From contig NZ_CP011304.1 in assembly GCF_000981785.2 (NCBI RefSeq), positions 1,470,001 through 1,502,000 on the forward strand: DNA of 32,000 nt, written 5' to 3'. Numbering within the stretch: the first letter of the stretch is position 1; every line of letters starts with the position of its first letter. The stretch comes from Microcystis aeruginosa NIES-2549 (GTDB taxonomy: Bacteria > Cyanobacteriota > Cyanobacteriia > Cyanobacteriales > Microcystaceae). This document shows positions 22,314 through 30,120 of this stretch, piece after piece. A program made the position numbers and the translations under genes. The notes below the pieces were generated by a model. That model had not been told where the DNA came from and searched no databases. It saw only the letters and a program-made list of their open reading frames with translations.

Positions 22314-23120
22314 TTAGCCTTTTTTCGTCAAAACGATGAAATGTCCGTATCGAGTATCCGGGATCATGTACTCGTAGACCTTTTCCCGATCATTTTTATC
22401 TTGAATAAATTCATCTACGGCCGTCTTCACGCCCGAAGAAAAGAAACCGTAATCATCGACGATGATAACCGCCCCAGGGGAGGTGATCGGGTGGAGGAAC
22501 TCTAATACCTGTTTGATCGGTTCGTACAGATCGAAATCCACATAGGCGAAAGAAACCCTCGCGGGTAAATTTTCCGCTCGCTCGAGGATTCGATCGAAAA
22601 ATCCTTTGTGAATTACATAGCGATGTTCGGGAAAAGAAATCTTCCGTAATCGCTCTAGAACCATTCCCTCACGGCATCGCATTTTTCCCCTATAGGCTTC
22701 CATATTCCCCAAATCGAAAATATCGTGGAGCAAGCGATCTTTTTCCGAGGGGGCGGGCAACCCTTCAAAGGAATCGAATAGATGTAAGGTCTTGTCCGTT
22801 CCAGCGATTTCATTGGCGATCAGCGCGGAGGTTTCTCCCTGCGCCACACCGAACTCGCACACATCGCCCTCTACCTCCCGACACCGGGCTAAACCCTGCA
22901 CGAGATAATAGGCCTCTGACGGAGGCGTGCCGAGCAATGTGGTTAATAGATGCAGACGAAGATCGTTAGGCTCTATTACGGGGTCGGATTCGTTGAGCCT
23001 CCCCTCGTAGGCCTGTGCCAGATTGGCGAAATTATCGAACCAGATCGGCAGCTCCGATGTGCGGTGGAGCGGTTCATCCTCGAGCGAGGACGAGGTCAGA
23101 GCAATGGATTGATCATTCAT
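22314..23120 (-). CDS. TylF/macrocin-O-methyltransferase-family SAM-dependent methyltransferase
   Basis: SAM motif I is GDVCEFGVAQGETSALIA. FAYVDFDLYEPIKQVLEFL...GAVIIVDDY is typical of the TylF/MycF-like family. There are no adjacent biosynthetic genes. Confidence 0.75.
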   Translation of the reverse strand: MNDQSIALTSSSLEDEPLHRTSELPIWFDNFANLAQAYEGRLNESDPVIEPNDLRLHLLTTLLGTPPSEAYYLVQGLARCREVEGDVCEFGVAQGETSALIANEIAGTDKTLHLFDSFEGLPAPSEKDRLLHDIFDLGNMEAYRGKMRCREGMVLERLRKISFPEHRYVIHKGFFDRILERAENLPARVSFAYVDFDLYEPIKQVLEFLHPITSPGAVIIVDDYGFFSSGVKTAVDEFIQDKNDREKVYEYMIPDTRYGHFIVLTKKG

Positions 23121-23191
23121 AGCTGTTACCCATTTAAAATGGGCATTAGGATGTTAGAAAAGAAACGCAGATTGATTAATTATCGATAAGA

Positions 23192-23216
23192 AAGCGGTTA
23201 TCAGAAATAACCGCTT
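23192..23216 (-). terminator. Intrinsic terminator candidate downstream of the RRM protein gene
   Basis: A perfect 10-bp stem, AAGCGGTTAT (23192-23201) / ATAACCGCTT (23207-23216), has a 5-nt loop. On the minus strand it lies ~22 nt after the stop codon and is followed by TCTTATCGATAATT. Confidence 0.55.
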
Positions 23217-23238
23217 CTGGAATTTTCCAAGAATCTCT

Positions 23239-23541
23239 TTAACGTTCGCGGCGCCCGAAGTTTTTGCGCTCACCACCGCCACCACCACCGAAATTGTCTT
23301 CCTTGGGACGAGCTTTGTTGACTTTCATCTGTCGTCCCATCCATTCGGCCCCGTCAAGAGTTTCGATCGCTTTTGCTTCTTCCTCATCGGAGGACATTTC
23401 CACAAAACCAAAACCGCGCATTTTACCCGTTTCCCGATCTACGGGCAAGTAAACGCGACTAACCGTGCCGTATTCAGCGAATACCTCTTTCAAGTCATCT
23501 GTCGTGACATCATAAACCAGATTACCAACGTAAATCGTCAT
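23239..23541 (-). CDS. RRM-type RNA-binding protein with Gly-rich C-terminus (cyanobacterial Rbp family)
   Basis: RNP2 is IYVGNL and RNP1 is RGFGFVEM. The C-terminus reads FGGGGGGERKNFGRRER. Length is 100 aa. Confidence 0.92.
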   Translation of the reverse strand: MTIYVGNLVYDVTTDDLKEVFAEYGTVSRVYLPVDRETGKMRGFGFVEMSSDEEEAKAIETLDGAEWMGRQMKVNKARPKEDNFGGGGGGERKNFGRRER

Positions 23542-23678
23542 GGATTGTCTCCCAATATCACAGCCATTTCGAGAAGGAGATCGGACACAACCCAGTCAAG
23601 GCCATCAGGGAAAAACCACTTCTGTTTGAAACCAATGCTGCTACCGAACCTAACTACTCTCTCTAAACTAGCATAGCT

Positions 23679-23788
23679 TATCAGTGATCGGTGATCAGTA
23701 GGAGTAGGGAGTATTAAGTGAGCAGTATTACACGGCGGTTTTCTGCTTTCTTTTCACTGATTACTGTTTACTGTTCACTGCTCACTGA
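23679..23788. repeat. Heptamer-repeat imperfect palindrome abutting the menB stop codon
   Basis: The left arm is TATCAGTGATCGGTGATCAGTAGGAGTAGGGAGTATTAAGTGAGCAGTA (23679-23727). The right arm is TCACTGATTACTGTTTACTGTTCACTGCTCACTGAT (23754-23789). The outer 8 bp pair perfectly; inner units pair partially. Confidence 0.7.
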
Positions 23789-24622
23789 TTAGGGCAGCCA
23801 AGGATATTGACTAAAATCGGGGGGACGCTTTTCGAGGAAAGCCTGTTTACCTTCGGCTCCTTCGGCGGTCATATAGTAGAGTAAAGTGGCATTACCCGCT
23901 AACTCCTGTAAACCCGCTTGACCATCACAATCAGCATTAAAAGCCGATTTTAGGCAGCGAATCGCCAAGGGACTTTTTTCGAGAATTTCTAAGGACCATT
24001 TAACCCCTTCCTGCTCTAATTCCTCTACCGGGACGACATGGTTAACCAAACCCATTTCTAATGCTTGTTGGGCGTTATACTGCCGACAGAGAAACCAAAT
24101 CTCGCGAGCTTTTTTCTGACCCACTACCCGGGCCAGATAACTAGAGCCGAAACCGCCGTCAAAACTGCCCACTTTCGGACCAGTCTGGCCAAAAATGGCG
24201 TTATCCGCCGCTAGGGTTAAATCACAAACCAAGTGTAAAACATGACCGCCCCCGACCGCATAACCTGCCACCAGCGCGATAACTACCTTGGGGATGGAGC
24301 GAATTAATTTCTGTAAATCCAGCACATTGAGCCGGGGTACGCCATCATCGCCAATATAACCCGCCTGACCGCGCACCGTCTGATCGCCGCCAGAACAAAA
24401 AGCATATTTGCCATCGCTGTGGGGACCCGCACCCGTGAGCAATACTACCCCAATGCGGGCATCCTCGCGAGCATCACAGAAAGCGTCGTAAAGCTCAAAA
24501 ACTGTCTTCGGACGGAAGGCATTACGCTTATGGGGTCGATTGATCGTAATTTTGGCGATTCCCCCCCATTTATGGTAAAGAATGTCCTCGTAGGTTTTGA
24601 CGGATTGCCATTCAACGCTCAT
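23789..24622 (-). CDS. menB: 1,4-dihydroxy-2-naphthoyl-CoA synthase (phylloquinone pathway)
   Basis: The ORF track start at 24640 is GTG; ATG at 24622 gives [38 protein letters not shown]... The crotonase fold shows GGDQ and [17 protein letters not shown], with a C-terminal [16 protein letters not shown]. By recollection it is colinear with Synechocystis MenB. Confidence 0.95.
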   Translation of the reverse strand: MSVEWQSVKTYEDILYHKWGGIAKITINRPHKRNAFRPKTVFELYDAFCDAREDARIGVVLLTGAGPHSDGKYAFCSGGDQTVRGQAGYIGDDGVPRLNVLDLQKLIRSIPKVVIALVAGYAVGGGHVLHLVCDLTLAADNAIFGQTGPKVGSFDGGFGSSYLARVVGQKKAREIWFLCRQYNAQQALEMGLVNHVVPVEELEQEGVKWSLEILEKSPLAIRCLKSAFNADCDGQAGLQELAGNATLLYYMTAEGAEGKQAFLEKRPPDFSQYPWLP

Positions 24623-24740
24623 GGTCTCGGTTATAGGCACAGCTTTTTTACCTTACCTCATTTTGTCCCCCACTTTGCAGCGGGGAGCGCAAGAAGAGGG
24701 GAATGGATAGTTGACCGACAAGGTTTAAAGCTGATTCTCT

Positions 24741-24857
24741 TATAGCGTTTTTCAGTCTGCTGAGGTACAAAAGTTATGGGTTTTAGGCAAAAGGCAAAAG
24801 GCAAGAGGCAAAAGGGAAGAAAAATAGGTGTACCTCACTAGCTTAGGAAACGCTATA
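24741..24857. mobile_element. 109-bp hairpin (MITE-like) element with split inverted termini and a purine-rich core, flanked by TATA
   Basis: GCGTTT (24745-24750) pairs with AAACGC (24848-24853), and TGAGGTACA (24761-24769) pairs with TGTACCTCA (24829-24837). The core is GGCAAAAGGCAAAAGGCAAGAGGCAAAAGGGA (24786-24817). TATA occurs on both flanks (24741-24744 and 24854-24857). Confidence 0.4.
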
Positions 24858-24894
24858 TTGATATTTTCTGAGTATTGATTGAAAATATATTGAT
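24854..24894 (+). promoter_or_regulatory. Three direct TATTGAT repeats upstream of the HicB-like ORF (operator/promoter candidate)
   Basis: TATTGAT occurs at 24856-24862, 24873-24879 and 24888-24894. The first and third are the longer TATATTGATA, 32 nt apart. The repeats lie 30-70 nt upstream of ATG 24925. Confidence 0.3.
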
Positions 24895-24924
24895 ACTATT
24901 GGCTAACTTTAAAGAGCTAAAAAT

Positions 24925-25098
24925 ATGAGTACAAGTAATAAAACTAAGCCAGAATCATTAGAGTTTTATTTGGGATTAAAATATCCAATAACAATTTATC
25001 CTGATGATGAGGGGGGATATGTATCAGAAATTAAGGATATTACGCGATGTTTCACTCAGGGAGAAACCATAGAGGAAACCTTAATCAGTAAACAGTAA
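24925..25098 (+). pseudogene. HicB-family antitoxin-like ORF, C-terminally truncated (57 codons), no HicA partner
   Basis: My own translation (the ORF is below the track cutoff) is MSTSNKTKPESLEFYLGLKYPITIYPDDEGGYVSEIKDITRCFTQGETIEETLISKQ*. The core YPI.IYPDDEGGYV.EI.D...C.TQGET.EE matches the HicB/UPF0150 N-terminal fold motif. The reading frame terminates inside the heptamer repeat tract that begins at ~25084. Confidence 0.5.
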
Positions 25099-25200
25099 AC
25101 AGTAAACAGTAATCAGTGAACTGAAAACTTACGTCTGATAACTGATAACTGATCACTGAAAACTTACATCTGATAACTGATAACTGATAACTGATAACTG
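25084..25200. repeat. Heptamer tandem-repeat tract with an internal 33-nt direct repeat
   Basis: (CAGTAAA)x3, CAGTAAT, CAGTGAA are followed by CTGAAAACTTAC(G/A)TCTGATAACTGATAACTGAT twice (25121-25153 and 25156-25188, 1 mismatch) and then more CTGATAA units. The reverse complement of that unit recurs at 13012-13037. Confidence 0.85.
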
Positions 25201-25202
25201 AA

Positions 25203-26153
25203 TTAAAGCCATTCGATTTCTTTAGCTTTTTCGGGTAATTTAGCCGTGGTTTGTCCTTGGCTGCGGGACTGAAACCCAATTAAATCGAGGGGAGTAGCCA
25301 ATAAATCTACTATATCAGCTTTACCAAACAATAACTTGAGAGTATTTTTTGGTAGCTCTTTTAATAACCAACGACCGAGAGTAAAAAATAACTCTTGATT
25401 GGTTAAAGGTCGCATCAATTCCACACCATACAATTCATGAAGATAGCGATTTGATCGCCCATAACGTTTTAATTGACTTCTTAAGTCTTCTAAGGTGGAA
25501 CGATGACGATGGTAAATAATTGCCTCCGGTGCGTAGGTTAATTGCCAGTCGGTTTGTTGTTGAATCCGCCAACAGATATCGGCATCACCACCGGTAGTTA
25601 AATAAGGACGAAATAAACCAACTTTTTCAAAAGCTTCTCGACGAATAGCGAGGTTAGCAGTTTGACCGTAGGGACAAAAAGAATGTTCTAAAAGAAATTT
25701 TGGTGACATAAAGTGACGACGTTCCGCATACTTTTCCAACCAAGTGGAACCAGTTAAGGCGGCAATTTCACCCGCTACCAGACCGATCCTAGTATATTTA
25801 AAGGGTTGAACCAGTTCTGTCAACCATTGCGCTGCGGGACGACAATCGGCATCGGTGAAGGCCAGAAAAGGATAACGAGCGCTTTTGATCCCTTTGTTAC
25901 GAGCAGCGTAGGAGCTTTGTATATGATTTTCGCTTAAAATGATCAGGTTCAGTCCCCTGTGTTCTTCTGCTGCCTTTCCTAATAATTCTCCCGTGCGATC
26001 GCCACTATTATTATCAACTAAAATATATTCAACTAATTGACGGGGATAGGTCTGTTTGGCTAAACAATCAATGAGAGAGGGTATATCTTTTTCTCCGTTA
26101 TAAATTGGCACGATCACGGATACTTCGGGAAGGAACTGTAGGGTATTTGACAT
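25203..26153 (-). CDS. Family 2 glycosyltransferase
   Basis: The GT-A N-terminus reads VSVIVPIYNGEKDIPSLIDCLAKQTYP...ILVDNNSGD. The DxD-like motif is FTDADC. Length is 316 aa. Confidence 0.88.
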   Translation of the reverse strand: MSNTLQFLPEVSVIVPIYNGEKDIPSLIDCLAKQTYPRQLVEYILVDNNSGDRTGELLGKAAEEHRGLNLIILSENHIQSSYAARNKGIKSARYPFLAFTDADCRPAAQWLTELVQPFKYTRIGLVAGEIAALTGSTWLEKYAERRHFMSPKFLLEHSFCPYGQTANLAIRREAFEKVGLFRPYLTTGGDADICWRIQQQTDWQLTYAPEAIIYHRHRSTLEDLRSQLKRYGRSNRYLHELYGVELMRPLTNQELFFTLGRWLLKELPKNTLKLLFGKADIVDLLATPLDLIGFQSRSQGQTTAKLPEKAKEIEWL

Positions 26154-26257
26154 CGTTGGAGTCCAATAAACGGGCGAAGGTTGAACTATTCGCTACAATA
26201 CTACTATAATCAAGAGCAACAAAAAGCAAGTCTATTGTCACTTATTTTAGACCAACG

Positions 26258-26875
26258 ATGAAAAGTTTCTTCCGAAAATTATTTTTCTATGTGGGTATTC
26301 TTTGGCTCTCACCCTTAATCATTGCTTTTCAGGTAGCTAATAATCGAGAACTTATCTTAGGTGATGTGCGGCGTTGGGTAGAGTTATTAGGCTGGGAAAA
26401 AAGATCAGATTGGTTACAATTATTAGCTCTGTGTCTGGAGGCAAAAGAATTTAGAAATTTATATTATTGTCGTCTTTTTCAAGGTGGTTCATTTAGCCGT
26501 TTTTTAATGTATATTCTTAGGTTTTTCTATCGAGAAAGTTCCTACTTATTTCTAGATTCTTCCTGTTCGATTGGCAAAGGATTATTTATTCAACACGGTT
26601 TTAGTACGATTGTTATGGCGGATTTGGGCGATAACTGTTGGATTAATCAACAGGTAACAATTGGCTATAAAGATAAAAGCGGCCGCCCCAAAATTGGCAA
26701 CAATGTCAGGATTACCGCTGGTGCTAAAGTCTTAGGAAATATTACCATCGGCGATAATGTCACCGTGGGCGCAAATTCAGTGGTAGTCAAGGATGTTCCA
26801 CCTAATTGTGTGGTGGTGGGTATTCCCGCTCGTATTATTAAACGGGACGGCGTTAAAGTAGATGAAAAATTATAA
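26258..26875 (+). CDS. Hexapeptide-repeat (LbH) O-acetyltransferase, serine-acetyltransferase-like
   Basis: The C-terminal left-handed beta-helix repeats read IGNNVRITAGAKVLGNITIGDNVTVGANSVVVKDVPPNCVVVGIPARII. It is divergent from the GT2 gene across a 104-nt spacer. Confidence 0.8.
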   Translation: MKSFFRKLFFYVGILWLSPLIIAFQVANNRELILGDVRRWVELLGWEKRSDWLQLLALCLEAKEFRNLYYCRLFQGGSFSRFLMYILRFFYRESSYLFLDSSCSIGKGLFIQHGFSTIVMADLGDNCWINQQVTIGYKDKSGRPKIGNNVRITAGAKVLGNITIGDNVTVGANSVVVKDVPPNCVVVGIPARIIKRDGVKVDEKL

Positions 26876-27550
26876 ACGCTGACTTAAAATATATTCGGCA
26901 ATTGCCAGATCTCCGGGGGTAGTAATTTTTAAGTTAGTTTCTTCACCGACGACAATTTTGACGGGAAAACCACATTTTTCTAATAAGGCAGCATCGTCGG
27001 TGACTTCCCAAGCTAATTTTCGGCCCTGTTCGTGACATTCTTTTAATAATTTTACCTGAAAACCCTGGGGCGTTTGGGCTGCCCACAACCGCGATCGATC
27101 AGGTGTATCCTCAATCCAACCCTTGCTATCGACAATTTTAATCGTATCTTTCACCGGAACCGCCGCTATGAAACCCTGACAAGTGGCTAAAGCGGCGGCA
27201 CAGCGATCAAATAATTCGGGGGTGGCTAAACATCGCGCCCCATCGTGAATTAAAACCGTCTCAGCCCCCTCTGGTAGGGCTTGTAAGCCATTATAAACTG
27301 ATTTTTGTCTGGTTTCGCCGCCTTGGATGATTTGCACGGGTTTAAGGGCATTTATGGCGGTGATAATCTCTCGGATCTCCTCAAAGTCTTCCGGTTGTGC
27401 CATGATGCCAATCCAGATAATTGCCCTGGATTCCATGGCAGCCAGTAAAGTCCAAGCGAGGAGCGGTTTTCCGTGCAGGGTGAGCAGTAACTTATTGCGA
27501 TCGCTGCCCATCCGTTTACCCATTCCCGCTGCTGGAATTAACAAATACAT
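26870..27550 (-). CDS. ispD: 2-C-methyl-D-erythritol 4-phosphate cytidylyltransferase
   Basis: The N-terminal signature is LIPAAGMGKRMG. The ...VLIHDGARC... and ...TPQGF... motifs are present. Length is 226 aa. Confidence 0.93.
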   Translation of the reverse strand: MYLLIPAAGMGKRMGSDRNKLLLTLHGKPLLAWTLLAAMESRAIIWIGIMAQPEDFEEIREIITAINALKPVQIIQGGETRQKSVYNGLQALPEGAETVLIHDGARCLATPELFDRCAAALATCQGFIAAVPVKDTIKIVDSKGWIEDTPDRSRLWAAQTPQGFQVKLLKECHEQGRKLAWEVTDDAALLEKCGFPVKIVVGEETNLKITTPGDLAIAEYILSQRL

Positions 27551-27632
27551 ATTTTTTTCAGGTAAAAAGTTAAGAATTCAGTGGACAGCAGTGGGGAGCT
27601 TTTTGCTGGTTAAGTAAGTGGTTTCAATATAT

Positions 27633-27651
27633 CCCCCCTTGATAAGGGGGG
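27633..27651 (-). other. Short GC stem-loop downstream of the 132-aa ORF (weak terminator candidate)
   Basis: CCCCCC (27633-27638), loop TTGATAA, GGGGGG (27646-27651). The trailing sequence on the minus strand, ATATATTGAAAC, is only moderately U-rich. Confidence 0.3.
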
Positions 27652-27696
27652 TGCCGATGATTGTTAATCGCTTCAATAACCCCAAAACTATCCCTC

Positions 27697-28095
27697 TTAA
27701 GAGAATAAATCGAGGGGAAAGTGACCATAAGTACCGACTAATTGATCATTTTCTGATTGACAAGAAATCAGGACACCGCGATAGGTTCCCGTGTAGGAAT
27801 CGAGATAGGAAGCTTGTCTTTGGGTATTGTATTTAATATACACCGCTCGCTGTTCTGGGTGGTCTTCTGGGAGAATATTAGGTAGGGGGTATCCTAGGGC
27901 TTGTAGATAACTTTTTAGGGCTTTAAATCCCTCTTCATTGTTATCGGCACAGATACCTAAATTAATTGATTCCGAACCTTGGTTAACTAATAAAATTGCC
28001 TGTCTTAGAGCTTCTTCTTCTTCGGGGGATTGGGCAATTTTTAGTTGAATACATCCATATTCTTTTAGGAGTTTCAAGGCTTCTTCCATAGACAT
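27697..28095 (-). CDS. Conserved hypothetical protein (small acidic, cyanobacterial type)
   Basis: The 132-aa ORF starts with ATG and has no TM or signal sequence. I have only a vague recollection of a cyanobacterial DUF family of this size, so I make no confident family call. Confidence 0.55.
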   Translation of the reverse strand: MSMEEALKLLKEYGCIQLKIAQSPEEEEALRQAILLVNQGSESINLGICADNNEEGFKALKSYLQALGYPLPNILPEDHPEQRAVYIKYNTQRQASYLDSYTGTYRGVLISCQSENDQLVGTYGHFPLDLFS

Positions 28096-28459
28096 GAGCG
28101 GTTAGATAGGCGGGGCTAAAGATAAAAAATAAGCTGGTGCTGCTGTCCTTAACGACAAATTCCCAAGAAAAAAAGCCCTAAATCATTGGGGTTTAGAGAT
28201 AGGAAAATTTTGCATTGGTCTGAATCGTAAGATCGCCAATTTCGATCATATCAGGTTGGGGACAGGAAAATTTATCGGGGTTGTTCGATCGCTCGATTTT
28301 GTGCGGTCATTTCACGCGCTGCTTTTTGATAGCCAAAGTAAACACCTACATCCTGAGGGGAAAAGAGGAGCATTTCTGGTGAGATAGGATCTCAGTAGCT
28401 TCAGTCAACTCCTCCCATTTTTCTAGGGCTTTTTCTTCGGTTGTTTCAGAGTCTTGCAG

Positions 28460-29350
28460 TTAAATTTCCGCCACGGCTCTTTCGATTAAACGACGAGCCA
28501 GGGTTTGAATGCCAGTATGTTCATAGTAATTAGTCGTCATATCGAGGAATGCCCCAACATATACCAATTTATCGGCAGAAAAGTCGATAAATCCCTGAAT
28601 TTTGCTCAATAATCCCTGCTGGCTCAAACTGCGCTCGCTGACAAAACCACTCATCCAACCTTTAGTCGAGTCGAAACTTTGACCAATAAAGTCTAATTTT
28701 CTGGCAGTATTTCCCCCCGGAATCAATTCTTTAATACTGGCGAAAGTAGAGTTAGATTCTAATTCTTCCGGCCTGAGAATGCTGAGGCTCGATTCCACTT
28801 TGCGGATAAAACTGCCCCCCAGAGGGATTAAACCATCCAAACAAACTAACGCCGCCATCCGCATCAAGGATTCGCCGCTATAATCTCCTAGGGAAGCGAC
28901 GAAATCCCTGATACTATCCCCCGGAATGCCATTAATTTGACAAAAAGCGACTAATTCGGTCACTAATTTCAGGGTTAGATCGATGGTTTGCGCTTTTTCG
29001 GGAGCAGGGGTTAATCTTTCGATTAAACCGCCCATGAGGGGAATTTTACCACCGACGGCATTAGCAAGAGAGGCGGCGGCTAGGGCATTATCGGCGCTGT
29101 CGATGGTTTGATAGAGCCAGAGCGCCCGTTGATAGCCCTGGGATTTATCATTAAACAACCAAACGGCTCGATCGCCAATCTGTTGGATCATGCTTTCGTC
29201 GGTTTCGCCGGTGACTTTGATAATCGTATTTTTAAACCCGACTAGATTATCCCATTGCCCCGGCACTACATAATCAAGGGTTTTGAGAACTTTGACGGTG
29301 AGATTATTAGTCGGTAATTCGTCCACCAGTTCAAAAATTGGCTTACTCAC
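28460..29350 (-). CDS. Hypothetical protein, 296 aa, likely co-translated with the upstream lipoprotein gene
   Basis: A GTG start at 29350 is preceded by AAGGAG 7 nt upstream, and that SD overlaps the TAA stop (29361-29363) of the preceding gene. I recognise no family motif. Confidence 0.6.
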   Translation of the reverse strand: MSKPIFELVDELPTNNLTVKVLKTLDYVVPGQWDNLVGFKNTIIKVTGETDESMIQQIGDRAVWLFNDKSQGYQRALWLYQTIDSADNALAAASLANAVGGKIPLMGGLIERLTPAPEKAQTIDLTLKLVTELVAFCQINGIPGDSIRDFVASLGDYSGESLMRMAALVCLDGLIPLGGSFIRKVESSLSILRPEELESNSTFASIKELIPGGNTARKLDFIGQSFDSTKGWMSGFVSERSLSQQGLLSKIQGFIDFSADKLVYVGAFLDMTTNYYEHTGIQTLARRLIERAVAEI

Positions 29351-29360
29351 GGATGTCTCC

Positions 29361-29864
29361 TTACTTTAATTTTGCTAAACCATCTAAATCGAACTTAGCT
29401 AACCAAGCTTGGCGATCGCTGGCGGTAAAATCCGGCTCCCGCGATAAAACCTTGACTTGATAGCGATTATTGACTAAAACGGCGGTGGCGGTTGTACCCT
29501 GTTTCACAGAGGGAAAACCTTTAATCGTGGTTTGACTGTCTTGGAATTTATTGGCCGCGGCGGGATTATTGCTAATGTCAGATATGGCTAACATAGCCAC
29601 AACTTTGCCATCTTGCTTCAGTTTTGCCTCGGCAAAGCCTTTTTTCTCTTGGGTATAGACGCGCTCGTATCCTCCCCCAGAAGGTGGAAAAAACTGATTA
29701 AAACTGCCGCCAGAGGTGGATTCTTTCACCACTGCCGCCGCCCCACGAGCGGTGCTTTCTTGTTGGGCTTGGTCAAATTGCGAGGGAGCTTTAGCACAGG
29801 AAGTTACTAGCAAAAGTGCCGCTAATACCCCTGACATCAAGATTTTGTCAAATCGAAAGCTCAT
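29361..29864 (-). CDS. Hypothetical lipoprotein
   Basis: The signal peptide with lipobox is MSFRFDKILMSGVLAALLLVTSC. The 167-aa soluble mature part has no recognised motif. Confidence 0.65.
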   Translation of the reverse strand: MSFRFDKILMSGVLAALLLVTSCAKAPSQFDQAQQESTARGAAAVVKESTSGGSFNQFFPPSGGGYERVYTQEKKGFAEAKLKQDGKVVAMLAISDISNNPAAANKFQDSQTTIKGFPSVKQGTTATAVLVNNRYQVKVLSREPDFTASDRQAWLAKFDLDGLAKLK

Positions 29865-30120
29865 AGTTATCTTAATTAAAACTTGCTCATGTTTGTTTGT
29901 AGTATATCTCTCGCTTATTGCTGATTATTGTTAAGTTTTTCTAGATGCTGTCACACTGGACCGAAAAAAAACAGAAAATCAGCAAAATTCGAGTCAATAA
30001 CGAAGGCAGGAGGCAGTCCCGATGAAAAAATTTTCACCCCCACAGATGAAAGAGGTTTCTTTCCCTACACCCCACACCCCACACCCTGCCCCCAGGAAAC
30101 CCTTTTTTGGTAAACCCTAG

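Noticed and set aside
22119-22505. A 128-aa plus-strand ORF spanning the DedA/methyltransferase spacer.
   Set aside because: It overlaps the 3' end of the well-supported methyltransferase gene on the opposite strand and reads through the GTCAGGA heptad tract. It has no motifs.
25085-25279. A 64-aa minus-strand ORF through the heptamer tract.
   Set aside because: Its translation is the repeat itself (VISYQLSVI...VISYQLS), and it overlaps the GT2 3' end out of frame.
27618-27836. A 72-aa plus-strand ORF between ispD and the 132-aa gene.
   Set aside because: It overlaps the 3' end of the minus-strand 132-aa ORF and the GC hairpin, with no SD and an implausible sequence.
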